Source of the DNA: Spirochaetales bacterium
GTDB lineage: Bacteria > Spirochaetota > Spirochaetia > JABEVK01
Reading direction: 5' to 3'
DNA length: 64,000 bases
NCBI GenBank assembly: GCA_037142615.1
Contig: JBAXAI010000007.1
Span: 64,001 to 128,000 of the forward strand
Positions 53,796-64,000 of this stretch are shown one piece after another (within the stretch, counting starts at the first letter, position 1; each line of letters opens with the position of its first letter). Both the position numbers and the translations under genes were made by a program. Below the pieces are notes generated by a model, which ran no database searches, had not been told where the DNA came from, and was given only the letters and a program-made list of their open reading frames with translations.

Positions 53796-54047
53796 TTATC
53801 GGCAGGCGCTCACTTGTTCTTCTCCCAAAAGCAGGCCCAAACCCTCTTCGAGCAAGACCAAGCGCGACAAAAGGAGTTCGAGCCGGTGGACGCTGTTTCT
53901 CTGTTCCATTTCTTCCAGTGGCCTCAGGCACTTGTCCAGCAGCTCGTCGAGGTCGGGAGTGACATGGAGGCTGGCGCCGCACTGCGGACAGTAGATGTAG
54001 TGCGAATGGACGACTTGGGAACACCCCGGGCAAAAGCGGACTTCCAT
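53796..54047 (-). CDS. Small double zinc-ribbon protein
   Basis: FCPGC...YCPQCG plus coiled coil. Confidence 0.75.
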   Translation of the reverse strand: MEVRFCPGCSQVVHSHYIYCPQCGASLHVTPDLDELLDKCLRPLEEMEQRNSVHRLELLLSRLVLLEEGLGLLLGEEQVSACR

Positions 54048-54078
54048 GCGCTAAGCTTAACGCTCCCGGGCCACGAAC

Positions 54079-56457
54079 TCAAGAAAGACCGGTAAACATT
54101 TGCACAAGCGCGTCTTCCACGGTGGTGGCGAACAGGAACTGGACATCGCCCAGCACTTCCTCGGGGATCTCCTCGAGGTTACGACGGTTGTCTTCGGGCA
54201 AAAAGATGGTCTTGAGCCCGTGGCGGTAGGCCGCGAGCACCTTTTCTTTCACTCCACCGATGGGCAAAATGCGGCCGGTCAGCGTCACCTCGCCGGTCAT
54301 GGCCAGCCCGCGATTGAGCGGCAGGTCGCGGAAGGCGCTCAGCAGGCTCGCCACGACGGTGATTCCCGCGCTCGGGCCATCCTTGGGAATGGCGCCCTCG
54401 GGAAAATGAATATGGATGTCCTTGTCTTTGGCGAAATCGGCCTTCAGACCCCAGTGTTTGCCGTGGCTTTTAAGAAAACTCAGCGCGATGCGGGCCGATT
54501 CCTTCATCACGTCGCCCAGGCTGCCGGTCAAGATCAGTTCACCCTTGCCAGCAAAAAGCGAAACTTCCACGCTCAGCACTTTGCCGCCCACTTCGGTCCA
54601 GGCCAGGCCATTGGCGACACCCGCCCGCGGCTCGGCCAACCTCACATCATCGCGCCACAGGGCGAGGCCGAGGTCGGTCTGCACCTGCTCTTTTGAAATT
54701 TCAATCGGTTCGGGAGACACCAGGCGGCCCCCTTCGCCCAACTTCCCCTCTTCGACCAACCGCCGGGCCGTTTTGCGAAGCACCGAAGCGATCTGCCGCT
54801 CGAGCGAACGGACTCCGGACTCCATCGTGTAGTTATGGATCAACGTCTGCAATGCGTCGGGAGCGAAGGTGATGGGAAACTCGCCCAAGCCGTTCTCCTT
54901 GAGCTGTTTGGGAACAATGAACCCTTCAGCGATCTTCTGCTTCTCGAGGTCGGTATAGCCCGGCACCTCGATGACTTCCATGCGGTCCTGCAGGGGTCGC
55001 GGAATGGTGTGCAGACTGTTGGCGGTCGTCAAGAACAGCACGTCGGCCAAGTCGTAGGGCACCTCGAGGTAGTGGTCCACAAAGGTCGCATTTTGTTCCG
55101 GGTCAAGGACTTCCAGGAGAGCCGCCGCCGGATCACCGCGAAAATCACTGGCCATTTTGTCAATCTCGTCGAGCAGGAACACGGGGTTGGACGCGCCGGC
55201 CTTTTTCATCGACTGCAGGATTTTGCCAGGAAGCGCGCCAACGTAAGTCTTGCGGTGGCCACGGATCTCGGCCTCGTCGCGCACCCCTCCCAGGCTGATG
55301 CGAACAAAGCTGCGGCCCAACGCGCGGGCCACGGAGCGGCCGAGCGACGTCTTTCCCGTGCCGGGCGGGCCCACGAGACACAGGATGGGCCCCTTGAGTC
55401 GCCCCTGAATCTGCCGCACGGCCAAAAAGTCGAGGATGCGGTCCTTGACCTTCTTCATGTCAAAATGGTCTTCGTCGAGAATGGCCTGAGCCGAAGCGAT
55501 GCCGGTGGTATCGGCCGACTTTTTGCCCCAGGGAAGATCGGTCACCCACTCCAGGTAGGTGCGCAAAATCCCGGCTTCGGGAGTGCTCGTCTGCAGTTTG
55601 GCCAGCCGGTTGCATTCCTTGAGCGCCTTTTCGCGCACCTCGTCGGAGCACTCGAGCGCTTCGATCTTGCGGCGGAGTTCCACCGTGCCCGTCGGGTCGC
55701 CGTCGTCGTGGCCGAGTTCCTTGTGAATCTCTTTGAGCTGCTCGTTGAGGTAGTACTCACGCTGATTGGTCTCAAGCCGCCCTTTCACCTTCTTGTGAAT
55801 CTCGGACTGGAGACCGGCGAGTTCGTGCTCCACCTGGATGGTCACCGCGAGGCTTTCGAGCCGCACCAAGGTCCGCTCCTCAAGGAAAAACTCCAGCTTC
55901 TTTTCGTCGCTGAGGTTCAGGTGAGGCACGATGAGGTCGACCAGCGTGTCGGGCCGGTCAGTTTCGAGAATGAGGGCCATCTTTTCTTTGCTGATTTTGC
56001 CCTGAAGGTCCTTGAACCCCTTGAGCGTGCCAAGAACCAGCTGCATCAGCGAGAGGGTTTCGTTGCCCAGATCGATGGGACTCTCCAGCAGGGCAACCTC
56101 GGCGCGCACGTAGTCGGGACGGCTGTTGTAGCGCACCAACCGCGCCCGGTCGCGGCCCTCGACCAGAACCCGCACCGAACCATCGGGCAACTTCAGGGTT
56201 TGGAGGATGCCTGCCACCACACCCAGCGAATACAGGTCACCTTGCCCGGGCTCCTCGGCTTTGGTCTTCTGCGGGACGAGGAAGATCTCTTGACCTTCGG
56301 CCAGGGCCACCTCGAGGGCCTTCACGCTGGCACCCTTGGTCGCGAAAAAAGGGATGACCAGCTGGGGGAATACCAGCACGTCCTTCACCGCCAAAAGAGG
56401 AAGATCCTTTTTGAGGGCTTTGGGACGCAACACGGCAGGCAGCAGATCCTTGAGCAC
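54079..56457 (-). CDS. lon: ATP-dependent protease La
   Basis: GPPGTGKTS, LLDEIDK, PKDGPSAG, PIGGVKEK; probable GTG start 56457. Confidence 0.96.
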   Translation of the reverse strand: MLKDLLPAVLRPKALKKDLPLLAVKDVLVFPQLVIPFFATKGASVKALEVALAEGQEIFLVPQKTKAEEPGQGDLYSLGVVAGILQTLKLPDGSVRVLVEGRDRARLVRYNSRPDYVRAEVALLESPIDLGNETLSLMQLVLGTLKGFKDLQGKISKEKMALILETDRPDTLVDLIVPHLNLSDEKKLEFFLEERTLVRLESLAVTIQVEHELAGLQSEIHKKVKGRLETNQREYYLNEQLKEIHKELGHDDGDPTGTVELRRKIEALECSDEVREKALKECNRLAKLQTSTPEAGILRTYLEWVTDLPWGKKSADTTGIASAQAILDEDHFDMKKVKDRILDFLAVRQIQGRLKGPILCLVGPPGTGKTSLGRSVARALGRSFVRISLGGVRDEAEIRGHRKTYVGALPGKILQSMKKAGASNPVFLLDEIDKMASDFRGDPAAALLEVLDPEQNATFVDHYLEVPYDLADVLFLTTANSLHTIPRPLQDRMEVIEVPGYTDLEKQKIAEGFIVPKQLKENGLGEFPITFAPDALQTLIHNYTMESGVRSLERQIASVLRKTARRLVEEGKLGEGGRLVSPEPIEISKEQVQTDLGLALWRDDVRLAEPRAGVANGLAWTEVGGKVLSVEVSLFAGKGELILTGSLGDVMKESARIALSFLKSHGKHWGLKADFAKDKDIHIHFPEGAIPKDGPSAGITVVASLLSAFRDLPLNRGLAMTGEVTLTGRILPIGGVKEKVLAAYRHGLKTIFLPEDNRRNLEEIPEEVLGDVQFLFATTVEDALVQMFTGLS

Positions 56458-56459
56458 GG

Positions 56460-57755
56460 TCAGCCTGCGGCTTTTCCGCTGAAGGTGTGGATCTCCCGGA
56501 CCCACGGAAGGCTCATTTCGCCGGGGTCCGTTTGGATCACTGGCTTGACGCCGTCGGTGAAGACTTCCTTGGTGATGACGACGCGTTTGCGCCCCGTGAT
56601 CGAAGGAATCTCGTACATCAGTTCGAGCATGGCACCTTCGACGATGGCGCGCAGGCCACGCGCCCCGGTCTTGCGGGCAATCGCCTGGTCGGCAATTGAC
56701 AAAATCGCCTCGGTCTCGAACAAAAGGTCGGTGTCATCGAGCTTGAGAGCCACTTGGTACTGGCGGATGATGGAGTTCTTGGGTTCGGTCGTGATGCGCA
56801 GCAGGTCCTCGCGGCTGAGCTCATCGAGGCTCACCATCACGGGCAGGCGGCCGATGAACTCGGGGATCAGCCCAAACCGGACCAGATCCTCGGGGTGCAG
56901 GTGCTTGAACAGCTCGTGGTTGCTCTTGGCGCCCTTGGTCACGACCTCGGTACCGAAGCCCATCGAGCCCTTGCTGACCCGCCGCTGGATGATCTTGTCG
57001 AGCCCCACGAAAGCGCCGCCAACGATGAACAGAATCTTCGTCGTGTCGATCTTGAGGTAGTCCTGATTGGGGTGCTTGCGCCCGCCCTGCGGAGGGACGT
57101 TGGCCTGCGTGCCTTCGATGATCTTGAGCAGGGCCTGCTGCACGCCCTCGCCGCTCACGTCGCGCGTGATCGACACGTTCTCGCCCTTTTTGCTGATCTT
57201 GTCGATTTCATCGATGTAGACAATGCCGCGCTCAGCCGCCGCGATGTTTCCACCGGCCGACTGGATGAGCTTGAGCAGGATGTTCTCGACGTCTTCGCCC
57301 ACATAACCGGCCTCGGTGAGAGTCGTTGCGTCGGCAATGGCAAACGGAACCTTCAGCTTCTTGGCCAAAGTACGGGCCAGCAAGGTTTTACCCGTTCCTG
57401 TGGGCCCAACCAGCAGAATGTTGGACTTCTCCATTTCGACCTCGCCGTCTTCAGAAGCACCGGGGTTGGAAATGCGCTTGTAGTGGTTATAGACGGCCAC
57501 CGAGAGCACCTTCTTGGCCTCGTCCTGGCCGATCACGTACTGATCAAGAAAGGCTTTGAGTTCCTTGGGGGTGGGAAGGTCGCTGCCGAGCGTGAACTCG
57601 GCGGCTTCGTTGGCTTCTTGCTCGATGATACGGGTGCAGGCGGCAATGCAGTCGGTGCAAATCGCCACACCCTCGCCCGTGATAAGCCGCTGGACCTGAT
57701 TGGCAGGCCGGTGGCAGAACGAGCAGTGGTCTACGACGTCATTCTTTTTTGCCAT
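56460..57755 (-). CDS. clpX: ClpX
   Basis: CSFC zinc finger, [20 protein letters not shown]. Confidence 0.97.
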   Translation of the reverse strand: MAKKNDVVDHCSFCHRPANQVQRLITGEGVAICTDCIAACTRIIEQEANEAAEFTLGSDLPTPKELKAFLDQYVIGQDEAKKVLSVAVYNHYKRISNPGASEDGEVEMEKSNILLVGPTGTGKTLLARTLAKKLKVPFAIADATTLTEAGYVGEDVENILLKLIQSAGGNIAAAERGIVYIDEIDKISKKGENVSITRDVSGEGVQQALLKIIEGTQANVPPQGGRKHPNQDYLKIDTTKILFIVGGAFVGLDKIIQRRVSKGSMGFGTEVVTKGAKSNHELFKHLHPEDLVRFGLIPEFIGRLPVMVSLDELSREDLLRITTEPKNSIIRQYQVALKLDDTDLLFETEAILSIADQAIARKTGARGLRAIVEGAMLELMYEIPSITGRKRVVITKEVFTDGVKPVIQTDPGEMSLPWVREIHTFSGKAAG

Positions 57756-58353
57756 TTTTTTCCCGGATGAGCACTTTGTCGATCAGGCCGTACTCGACGG
57801 CCTCGGTGGCCGACAGGAAGTGATCGCGTTCCAGGTCGGTAGCGATGGTCTTGGCGGTCTTGCCGGTATGTTTGGCAAAAATGTCGATGGTCATGTTCTT
57901 GAGGCGCACGATCTCGCTGGCCTGGATCTTGATGTCGCGGGCCTGGCCCTGGGCGCCGCCCCAAGGTTGATGAACCAGAATGCGGCTCGAAGGCAGGGAA
58001 TACCGTTTGCCTGCAGTCCCACCGGCCAGAAGCAGGGCGCCCATCGAGGCAGCCTGTCCGACACAGATGGTCTGCACGTCGCAATGGACGTACTGGATGG
58101 TGTCGTAGATGGCCAAACCCGCCGTGACGCTGCCGCCGGGCGAGTTGATGTACACGGAAATATCTTTCTCGGGATCCTGCGCATCGAGAAACAGCAGCTG
58201 AGCGACCACGAGGTCGGCCATCACGTCATGGATCTCACCATCCACAAAAACAATCCGGTCTTTCAGCAGCCGAGAGAAGATGTCGTAGGCTCGTTCCCCG
58301 GCGCCGGTTTGCTCGACGACCATTGGAACCAGGTTGCTCATATAGGAATTCAT
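57739..58353 (-). CDS. clpP: ClpP protease
   Basis: [32 protein letters not shown]. Confidence 0.97.
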   Translation of the reverse strand: MNSYMSNLVPMVVEQTGAGERAYDIFSRLLKDRIVFVDGEIHDVMADLVVAQLLFLDAQDPEKDISVYINSPGGSVTAGLAIYDTIQYVHCDVQTICVGQAASMGALLLAGGTAGKRYSLPSSRILVHQPWGGAQGQARDIKIQASEIVRLKNMTIDIFAKHTGKTAKTIATDLERDHFLSATEAVEYGLIDKVLIREKNGKKE

Positions 58354-58363
58354 GGGGGGAAAG

Positions 58364-59728
58364 TTACTCCTTTTGTCCCATCAAGTCCACATAGGAGACC
58401 TTCTTTCCCTTCTTGAGCTTCGACTGCGCCAAGAGGAAGTCGCCGAGCTTTCGGTCTCGCACGTCGTGCTCCAAGTAGTTCATCAGGCCGTTCTGACTGA
58501 AGTAGTCCCGGGCCTCATCGACACTGATTTTGCTGACTTCGGCCTGCTTGAGAACCTCGGCATCGAGCTCCTCGGCGCTGCAGTCGATCTTTTCGGCCTC
58601 AAGGATCTTTTCCATCACCAGACGGCGACGCAAGACGACCACGGACTGGGGCTTCCACTCGTCCATCATGCGGTGTTTGCCTTCGTGGCCGACCATCTGC
58701 TCGAGCTGTTCGGGCCGCAGGCGGCTGTTGGCGGCGAAGGTGCGCCAGGTCTGCTCCATTTCGGCGGCAATCATCGACTCGGGCAGTTCAAAGCTGGTCT
58801 GGGCAGCCACCTTTTCGAGGACAGCGTCAATGTTTTTTTGGCGGAGCGCTGCCGCGAGGTTTTTGGTCAGTCGGTCGTTGATGCTCTTTTTCAGGTCATC
58901 GAGGGTCTTGAACTCCTCGCTGACGTCCTGGGCCAACTCGTCGTTGATCTCAGGGAGTTTCTTTTCCTTGATGGCGGTGACCTTCACCTTGAGGGTTCGG
59001 GAGCTTCCTGCCAGATCTTTGATCTCAAAGTCGGCCGGATAGGTCTTGGTGACGGTGCGTTCTTCGTCTTTCTTTTGGCCGGTGATCTCTTCGTCAATCT
59101 TGTAGAAGTTGTAGCCGCTGCCCACAGTGAACACAAAGTCCTGACGGCGGGTGCTCTCAATTTCGGCCTTGGCGTCGTCGAGCTCGACGTAGTTCACGGT
59201 GACGGTGTCACCCGAGGCGACCTTGACCACGCCCTTGGCGTCGCCGGCCTTGTCGATGACCATCGAGTTCTGTTCCTGCAAGAGCTCAAGCTCGCGCTTC
59301 TCGTCGTCTTTGCCCAGCACGACCTGAGGCTCTTCCACCTCGATTCCCTTGTAACCCGGCAGAGTGAACTGGGGAAACACGTCGTAGCGCAAAGTAAACG
59401 TGAAATCCTTGTCGAGCGTGAGTTCGAGGTTCTTGTCGATGATCTCGGGCTGGCTGTAGCTCAAAGGCTTTTCTTCAATGGTGTCAAACACATCATGAAG
59501 AGCCTTGTCGACAAGCGTCTGCAGGGCCTCGGCCTTGAGGCCTTCGCCGAACTTCTTCTCGAGCACCGACACAGGTACTTTTCCCCGGCGGAAACCGGGC
59601 ATCACAGCGTCCTTGACGTACTTGTTGAGCAGACCTTCATACTCCTGGCGGGAGGCGGTCTGGGCGATGGTCAGTGTCAGCTCGACGGCGGACTTTTCCA
59701 GTTTCTTGATCTCTTGCTTGACGATCAT
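58364..59728 (-). CDS. tig: Trigger factor
   Basis: [10 protein letters not shown] signature; upstream of clpP; start MIVKQ. Confidence 0.95.
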   Translation of the reverse strand: MIVKQEIKKLEKSAVELTLTIAQTASRQEYEGLLNKYVKDAVMPGFRRGKVPVSVLEKKFGEGLKAEALQTLVDKALHDVFDTIEEKPLSYSQPEIIDKNLELTLDKDFTFTLRYDVFPQFTLPGYKGIEVEEPQVVLGKDDEKRELELLQEQNSMVIDKAGDAKGVVKVASGDTVTVNYVELDDAKAEIESTRRQDFVFTVGSGYNFYKIDEEITGQKKDEERTVTKTYPADFEIKDLAGSSRTLKVKVTAIKEKKLPEINDELAQDVSEEFKTLDDLKKSINDRLTKNLAAALRQKNIDAVLEKVAAQTSFELPESMIAAEMEQTWRTFAANSRLRPEQLEQMVGHEGKHRMMDEWKPQSVVVLRRRLVMEKILEAEKIDCSAEELDAEVLKQAEVSKISVDEARDYFSQNGLMNYLEHDVRDRKLGDFLLAQSKLKKGKKVSYVDLMGQKE

Positions 59729-59764
59729 GCGGTTCCTCGATTCCTTCGGATTCTGCGGTCTAGA

Positions 59765-59802
59765 AAAAGAAAAGGCGATCCAGAACCTCTGGACCGCCTT
59801 TT
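59765..59802 (-). terminator. Terminator of the tRNA operon
   Basis: AAAAGGCG.TCCAGA...TCTGGA.CGCCTTTT with T-tract on the minus strand. Confidence 0.7.
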
Positions 59803-59807
59803 GCAAG

Positions 59808-59879
59808 AGCGAAAGACGGGACTCGAACCCGCGACATCCACCTTGGCAAGGTGGAGCTCTACCACTGAGCTACTTTCGC
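59808..59879 (-). tRNA. tRNA-Gly(GCC)
   Basis: GCGAAAGTAGCTCAGTGGTAGAGC-TCCACCTTGCCAAGGTGG...GTTCGAGTCCCGTCTTTCGCT. Confidence 0.97.
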
Positions 59880-59941
59880 AAAAACGAACTTCGCGGCTAC
59901 CTTGGTGAGAGGCCACAATTCAAAGAGTGCGCCCCGGACAA

Positions 59942-60023
59942 TGCGAGAGAAGGGACTCGAACCCTTACACCTTACGGCACTGGAACCTAAATCCAGCGTG
60001 TCTACCAATTTCACCACTCTCGC
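59942..60023 (-). tRNA. tRNA-Leu(TAG)
   Basis: Anticodon arm CTGGA-TTTAGGT-TCCAG, long variable arm. Confidence 0.97.
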
Positions 60024-60053
60024 AATTCCTTCCCGAAAGAAGAAAGACGATTC

Positions 60054-60126
60054 TGAGCCGGCAAGGATTCGAACCTTGGACCCGCAGATTAAGAGTCTGC
60101 TGCTCTACCAGCTGAGCTACCGGCCC
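60054..60126 (-). tRNA. tRNA-Lys(CTT)
   Basis: Anticodon arm GCAGA-CTCTTAA-TCTGC. Confidence 0.97.
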
Positions 60127-60161
60127 TCTCAAAAACGTCAAAATACCGAACAAACCAAAAA

Positions 60162-60235
<74 letters not shown>

Positions 60236-60261
60236 AGCTTTTCCGGCCTTTCGGCCGGTCG

Positions 60262-60335
60262 GGTGGATGACGGGGCTCGAACCCGCGACAGCCAGAACCA
60301 CAATCTGGAGCTCTACCAACTGAGCTACAACCACC
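60262..60335 (-). tRNA. tRNA-His(GTG)
   Basis: Anticodon arm CCAGA-TTGTGGT-TCTGG; encoded G-1. Confidence 0.96.
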
Positions 60336-60466
60336 ATGTCAGTCGTCAGTGGACGTTGCTTAATAAACACTGTTATGCAAAAAGAATCAAGGGGAAGCGG
60401 AAAGATTTTTTCGTTTCTTGACAACCCTCCCGTGCCGTCCTTAAATGCTAGCAGGAGTCGACCGCC

Positions 60467-61249
60467 ATGAGTCTCAACAACCGCCTGTACATGATCCTGT
60501 TCCCCAACACGGCCCTGGTGGGCTCGCAGTTGCCCCCCGACGATTTTGGTCGGCACTTCATCTCGGGCTCGAGCAAATACTACAGCGGAAAGTTGATTTT
60601 CGCCGAGATCGATGCCGCCTACCGCCACGAATACTTCAACATCGACGACGCGCTGAAAGACATGACTCACGCCGACGGGAGACCGAAGTCGACCAAGTAC
60701 ATTTCGACCTACCGTGTGCTCGAGCATATTGAGTTCAGCGCGATCCTGAGCCTTTACATCACCACACCCGAAGGCTTCACCCTCCCCCTTGTTCAGGGTA
60801 GCTATGAGGCCACCCACCAAAGCGGCCTGATCCGGATCTTTGGCGAGATCGCGCCGGTGTCAATGATGGTGCTGTCGGACTATAACTTCCGCGACTTCTC
60901 GAAGTTCATCACTAACCCCAAGGGCCACGTGGGAGCCCCCAAGATGTTCTACACGCAGATCGACCTCGACATCGACGAATTCCTGGCCGATTTTGAGGCC
61001 AACCCGCTGATGCAACCGCCCATCCCCGATATTCATCCGTCGGTACTGCGCGAGTCGGTACTCGATCTGCGCAAGTATGTCGACAAACACACCAAGGGCC
61101 TTTCGCTGTCGAACCCGCTGGGCAAGATCAGCTTTCGGCACCTTCGGCACGGTTTCATGTTCGCCAGCCAGGAAGAAAACAAGTTCTATCCGCTCCCCGC
61201 GCCCAAGGATATCGAGAAGCTGCACTTTCGGTTCTGGAAGACCATGTAA
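60467..61249 (+). CDS. Hypothetical protein
   Basis: AGGAG RBS, host-like codon usage, upstream TTGACA; no function recognised. Confidence 0.8.
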   Translation: MSLNNRLYMILFPNTALVGSQLPPDDFGRHFISGSSKYYSGKLIFAEIDAAYRHEYFNIDDALKDMTHADGRPKSTKYISTYRVLEHIEFSAILSLYITTPEGFTLPLVQGSYEATHQSGLIRIFGEIAPVSMMVLSDYNFRDFSKFITNPKGHVGAPKMFYTQIDLDIDEFLADFEANPLMQPPIPDIHPSVLRESVLDLRKYVDKHTKGLSLSNPLGKISFRHLRHGFMFASQEENKFYPLPAPKDIEKLHFRFWKTM

Positions 61250-61251
61250 CT

Positions 61252-63960
61252 ATGCCGGAGCGCCGCGTAACGCGACTGTTATCGGCTGCGCTGGCCTCCG
61301 TTGCACTCCTTGCGGGTGTATGGGTGGCCTATCATTCCTCCGATTTGAAGTCGCCGCCTTGGCGTGACCGGCTGCCGCTTTTCTTTCCGTTCTACACGGC
61401 TGTTGACCAGTCGGGACGCGCGTACACGTCGGACTCAGCGACCAGCCGCCTGGTGGCCCTCGACCGAGACGGAAGCCTGAGGTGGACGCTCGACGGCCGC
61501 AAATACTCGGGCGGATTCTACAACGCTGTCGGGCTTGCCATCGACAGCCACGACGACCTTTACGTCACCAATTGGTTGCCAATGGTGGCGCAGAATGCCC
61601 TGGCCCAGGAACTGCAAATCCAGCGCTACAATTCATTGGGTCAGCTCATGGGCACCGTTTATCGCCTGGAAAACACGAGCCACAGCGAAGACTTTCCGGG
61701 GTACTTCTCGTTCACCATTCAAAAAGACGTTTTGTACATACTGCATGGGGACGGAACCCGCTACGACCTGTTTCAGGTTCCCGCAGCAGGGGGAACCCCA
61801 ACTCTTGTGCGCACGGTCAACGCCCCGACAGACTTTGTGTCAATTGCGAATACACCGGACGGAACTCTGGCGGGAGCAGCGCGCAACGGCACCCTGTGGA
61901 GGGCGGCGCCGGGTCAAGACTGGAAACTCAGCCCGGTGCCTGGAGTCGCGAAGCCCTGGGATCTGAAGTTCCACCCTGACGGCAGTCTGCTTGTCTTGGA
62001 CCTCCTGGGCGGAACGATCAAGAAGTTAGGTCTCGATGGAAGCCTCGAGATCGTTCTCGACAGCAAGCAGACGGGGGGAACTTTTTCCGACACATTCTCG
62101 CTGGCGCCTAACGGGACGCTCGTCATCGCGGACAAAGAACGGCAGCGCCTCCTCGTAAGCCCGTTTGCGCGCGAATATCGGGCCTACGAAGGGGCCTCGC
62201 TCAACTCGGGCACCGTAGCCGGCCATTGGGTAACCTACGTCAGTCTGGTCGTCGGCTCGCTTTGCGCGCTTGCGGCGCTCGTGTTGTTTTATCTGTTCGT
62301 CGTCAAACGCCGTGTTCCGTTGATGGTGATCCAAGTCGGCCTCTTTGTGCCCATTATTATCGCCGCCCAGGCCATCACTTTCGGACAAGTCTACGACGGC
62401 CTGTATTCCCGCTACAAAGCCGAGGTGCGCAACACGCTGCTCAACGCGGCCCAACTCGTGGCCCGAACCCTCAGTCCGCAAGACCTGCTCGCGCTCAAGA
62501 ACCCCGCTGATCTGGACTCAGAGGCCTACCAGCGATTGAAGAAGGCCGTGCTGTCGCTGCGGACCACCGGGCGCGAAACCGGGGCCTTTTCGTACATCGC
62601 CTTGTACCGTAACCTGGGCGGCCACGTGCACATCGTGCTCACGGGTTCGGGGGTTTACGGCGTCAATTATCCGTACCCGATTTTCCCAGCACAGGCGATG
62701 GGCCTGTTCAGCGCACCCGGGGTGCAGACGGCCGACTACTCGGACGACTACGGCGAGTATTCTGGGGGTTTTGCGAGCGTCGCCGGGCCCGCGGGTTCCC
62801 CGGTAGGCGTCGTCGAGGTGGGTCTGTACGCCGACTTGGTGAAGGAGGTCGAAAACTCCTATTTCGCCAGCGCCCGGTTGTTCTCGGCGGTCAGCGGTGG
62901 CATTTTCGTCGTGATTCTGTTCATCATCACCCTGCTCTTGATCCGTTCGCTCAATACCCTTCGCCGCATCACCCGCGACATTGCCCTGCGAAACATCGAA
63001 CTGCCGACGGAACTCAAGAGCCACGACGGGATCGGGCAGTTGGGGGGCGACTTTGGCACCATGCCCCGCAAGCTCAAGGGCTACTTCGACGAAATCACGG
63101 CGCATGCCGCGACGAGCGCGCGTTTTGTGCCGCGCGACTTCATCAACCTGCTCGAGGTGGAAGACCTCACCAAGGTGAAGGCGGGCAATCATGCCAACCG
63201 CGAAATGACGGTCCTGTTCAGCAGCATCGTCAACTTCCGCAAGATTACGGGCTCTATGTCGAGCCAGGGCGTCGTGAACTACCTGAACGCCTACCTCGCC
63301 AGAGTGGCCCCGCACATCCGCGACAACCGGGGTTTCGTCGACAAGTACTTCGGTGGCACGTACCTAGCCCTGTTCCCGCGCACGCCTCGCGACGCACTGA
63401 CCACTTTCAAGCTGGTGAATCGCCATTTGGCCAACCAAAATCGGCAACGGGTGCGCTCGGGCAGCGGGGGCCTGTTCCTGAGTTTTGGCATCCACAAAGC
63501 CCCCCTGATGCTCGGAATCGTCGGCGAGGAGCAGCGCTTGGAGGGCACGGTAGTCAGCGATGCAGTCAATCTGACCAGGCACCTCAACGACTGGTGCCGC
63601 CTGTACCACGTTCCGTGCCTGGCCACCTTTCAGACTTTGGAGCAAGCGGGCGCTTTCCCTTTCCGCAAGATCGACCATGTGATTGTCAAAGGAAGAAGTG
63701 AGCCCCTACTGATCTGCGAGCCCCTCGATGAGCTGGATCCGGAGAAGGCTGTACTGATGGACTATCTCAAGGCCTACGACGAAGCCTTTTCCGCCTTCGA
63801 AAAGGGTGACCTGAAGACGGCCTCTGACGGCTTCGAGTTCCTCAAGGCGCGGGCCCCGAAGGACACCGTGATTCAGCAGCACGCGGCCCGTTGCCGTCAG
63901 ATCCTCGAAACCGGTAGGCCCGAGGTGTGGAACCCGGCTGTCCAGTTCCACGAGAAGTAA
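61252..63960 (+). CDS. Membrane class III adenylate/guanylate cyclase-like protein (NHL propeller, HAMP), catalytically degenerate
   Basis: NHL-like repeats, four TMs, HAMP-like DGIGQLGGDF, MTVLFSSI, DKYFGG, GIVGEEQRLEGTVVSDAVNL. Confidence 0.85.
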   Translation: MPERRVTRLLSAALASVALLAGVWVAYHSSDLKSPPWRDRLPLFFPFYTAVDQSGRAYTSDSATSRLVALDRDGSLRWTLDGRKYSGGFYNAVGLAIDSHDDLYVTNWLPMVAQNALAQELQIQRYNSLGQLMGTVYRLENTSHSEDFPGYFSFTIQKDVLYILHGDGTRYDLFQVPAAGGTPTLVRTVNAPTDFVSIANTPDGTLAGAARNGTLWRAAPGQDWKLSPVPGVAKPWDLKFHPDGSLLVLDLLGGTIKKLGLDGSLEIVLDSKQTGGTFSDTFSLAPNGTLVIADKERQRLLVSPFAREYRAYEGASLNSGTVAGHWVTYVSLVVGSLCALAALVLFYLFVVKRRVPLMVIQVGLFVPIIIAAQAITFGQVYDGLYSRYKAEVRNTLLNAAQLVARTLSPQDLLALKNPADLDSEAYQRLKKAVLSLRTTGRETGAFSYIALYRNLGGHVHIVLTGSGVYGVNYPYPIFPAQAMGLFSAPGVQTADYSDDYGEYSGGFASVAGPAGSPVGVVEVGLYADLVKEVENSYFASARLFSAVSGGIFVVILFIITLLLIRSLNTLRRITRDIALRNIELPTELKSHDGIGQLGGDFGTMPRKLKGYFDEITAHAATSARFVPRDFINLLEVEDLTKVKAGNHANREMTVLFSSIVNFRKITGSMSSQGVVNYLNAYLARVAPHIRDNRGFVDKYFGGTYLALFPRTPRDALTTFKLVNRHLANQNRQRVRSGSGGLFLSFGIHKAPLMLGIVGEEQRLEGTVVSDAVNLTRHLNDWCRLYHVPCLATFQTLEQAGAFPFRKIDHVIVKGRSEPLLICEPLDELDPEKAVLMDYLKAYDEAFSAFEKGDLKTASDGFEFLKARAPKDTVIQQHAARCRQILETGRPEVWNPAVQFHEK

Positions 63961-63970
63961 GGAGCCCGCG

Positions 63971-64000
63971 ATGATCGAGTTCAAGGCCTTTTTGTTGCGT
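63971..64000 (+). CDS. 5' fragment of next gene (MIEFKAFLLR...)
   Basis: AAGGAG RBS and ATG at 63971; runs off the window. Confidence 0.5.
   Translation, partial: MIEFKAFLLR

Noticed and set aside
53797-53804. GCCGATAA sigma28 -10 box
   Set aside because: No matching -35, it coincides with a stop codon and RBS, and it is only 8 bp from the next start.
51539-59908. Long plus-strand ORFs (583, 741, 338, 518 aa)
   Set aside because: Antisense shadows of the deacetylase-like gene, lon, clpX and tig.

Overview
Chromosomal window from a high-GC spirochaete. The assignment rests on the fliS-flgN-polA-coaE-SPOR gene order, tRNA-Arg(TCG) and the tig-clpP-clpX-lon block. The left ~22 kb is the right part of an integrative element inserted at the 3' end of tRNA-Cys; its other end lies outside the window. 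Backbone genes: tyrosine integrase, excisionase, ParB-like HTH, Rep_trans-like initiator, XRE regulators, a lipoprotein, a radC-bet-gam-ssb module and a D5/P4-type SF3 helicase that the ORF track missed. Its cargo is a long minus-strand defence-like operon: Type III-like Res and Mod, then a tightly coupled three-gene cassette (TIGR04255-like protein, unknown protein, ComEC-type metallo-beta-lactamase), then a RelE-like/UvrD fusion that appears to start at CTG, then an unknown gene. This nested cassette is my best candidate for an uncharacterised system. An identical 19-bp palindromic site occurs twice in the element. The rest of the window is mostly core genome: an atypical HisD paralog, folC, a pyrF-pyrE fusion, tRNA-Pro, two surface proteins, an orphan promoter driving a structured RNA candidate, a chemotaxis cluster (CheA with an MshEN-like insert, two atypical MCP-like proteins), polA, lon/clpX/clpP/tig, a five-tRNA operon and a catalytically degenerate class III cyclase. 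All family assignments come from motif recognition by eye; no database searches were run.
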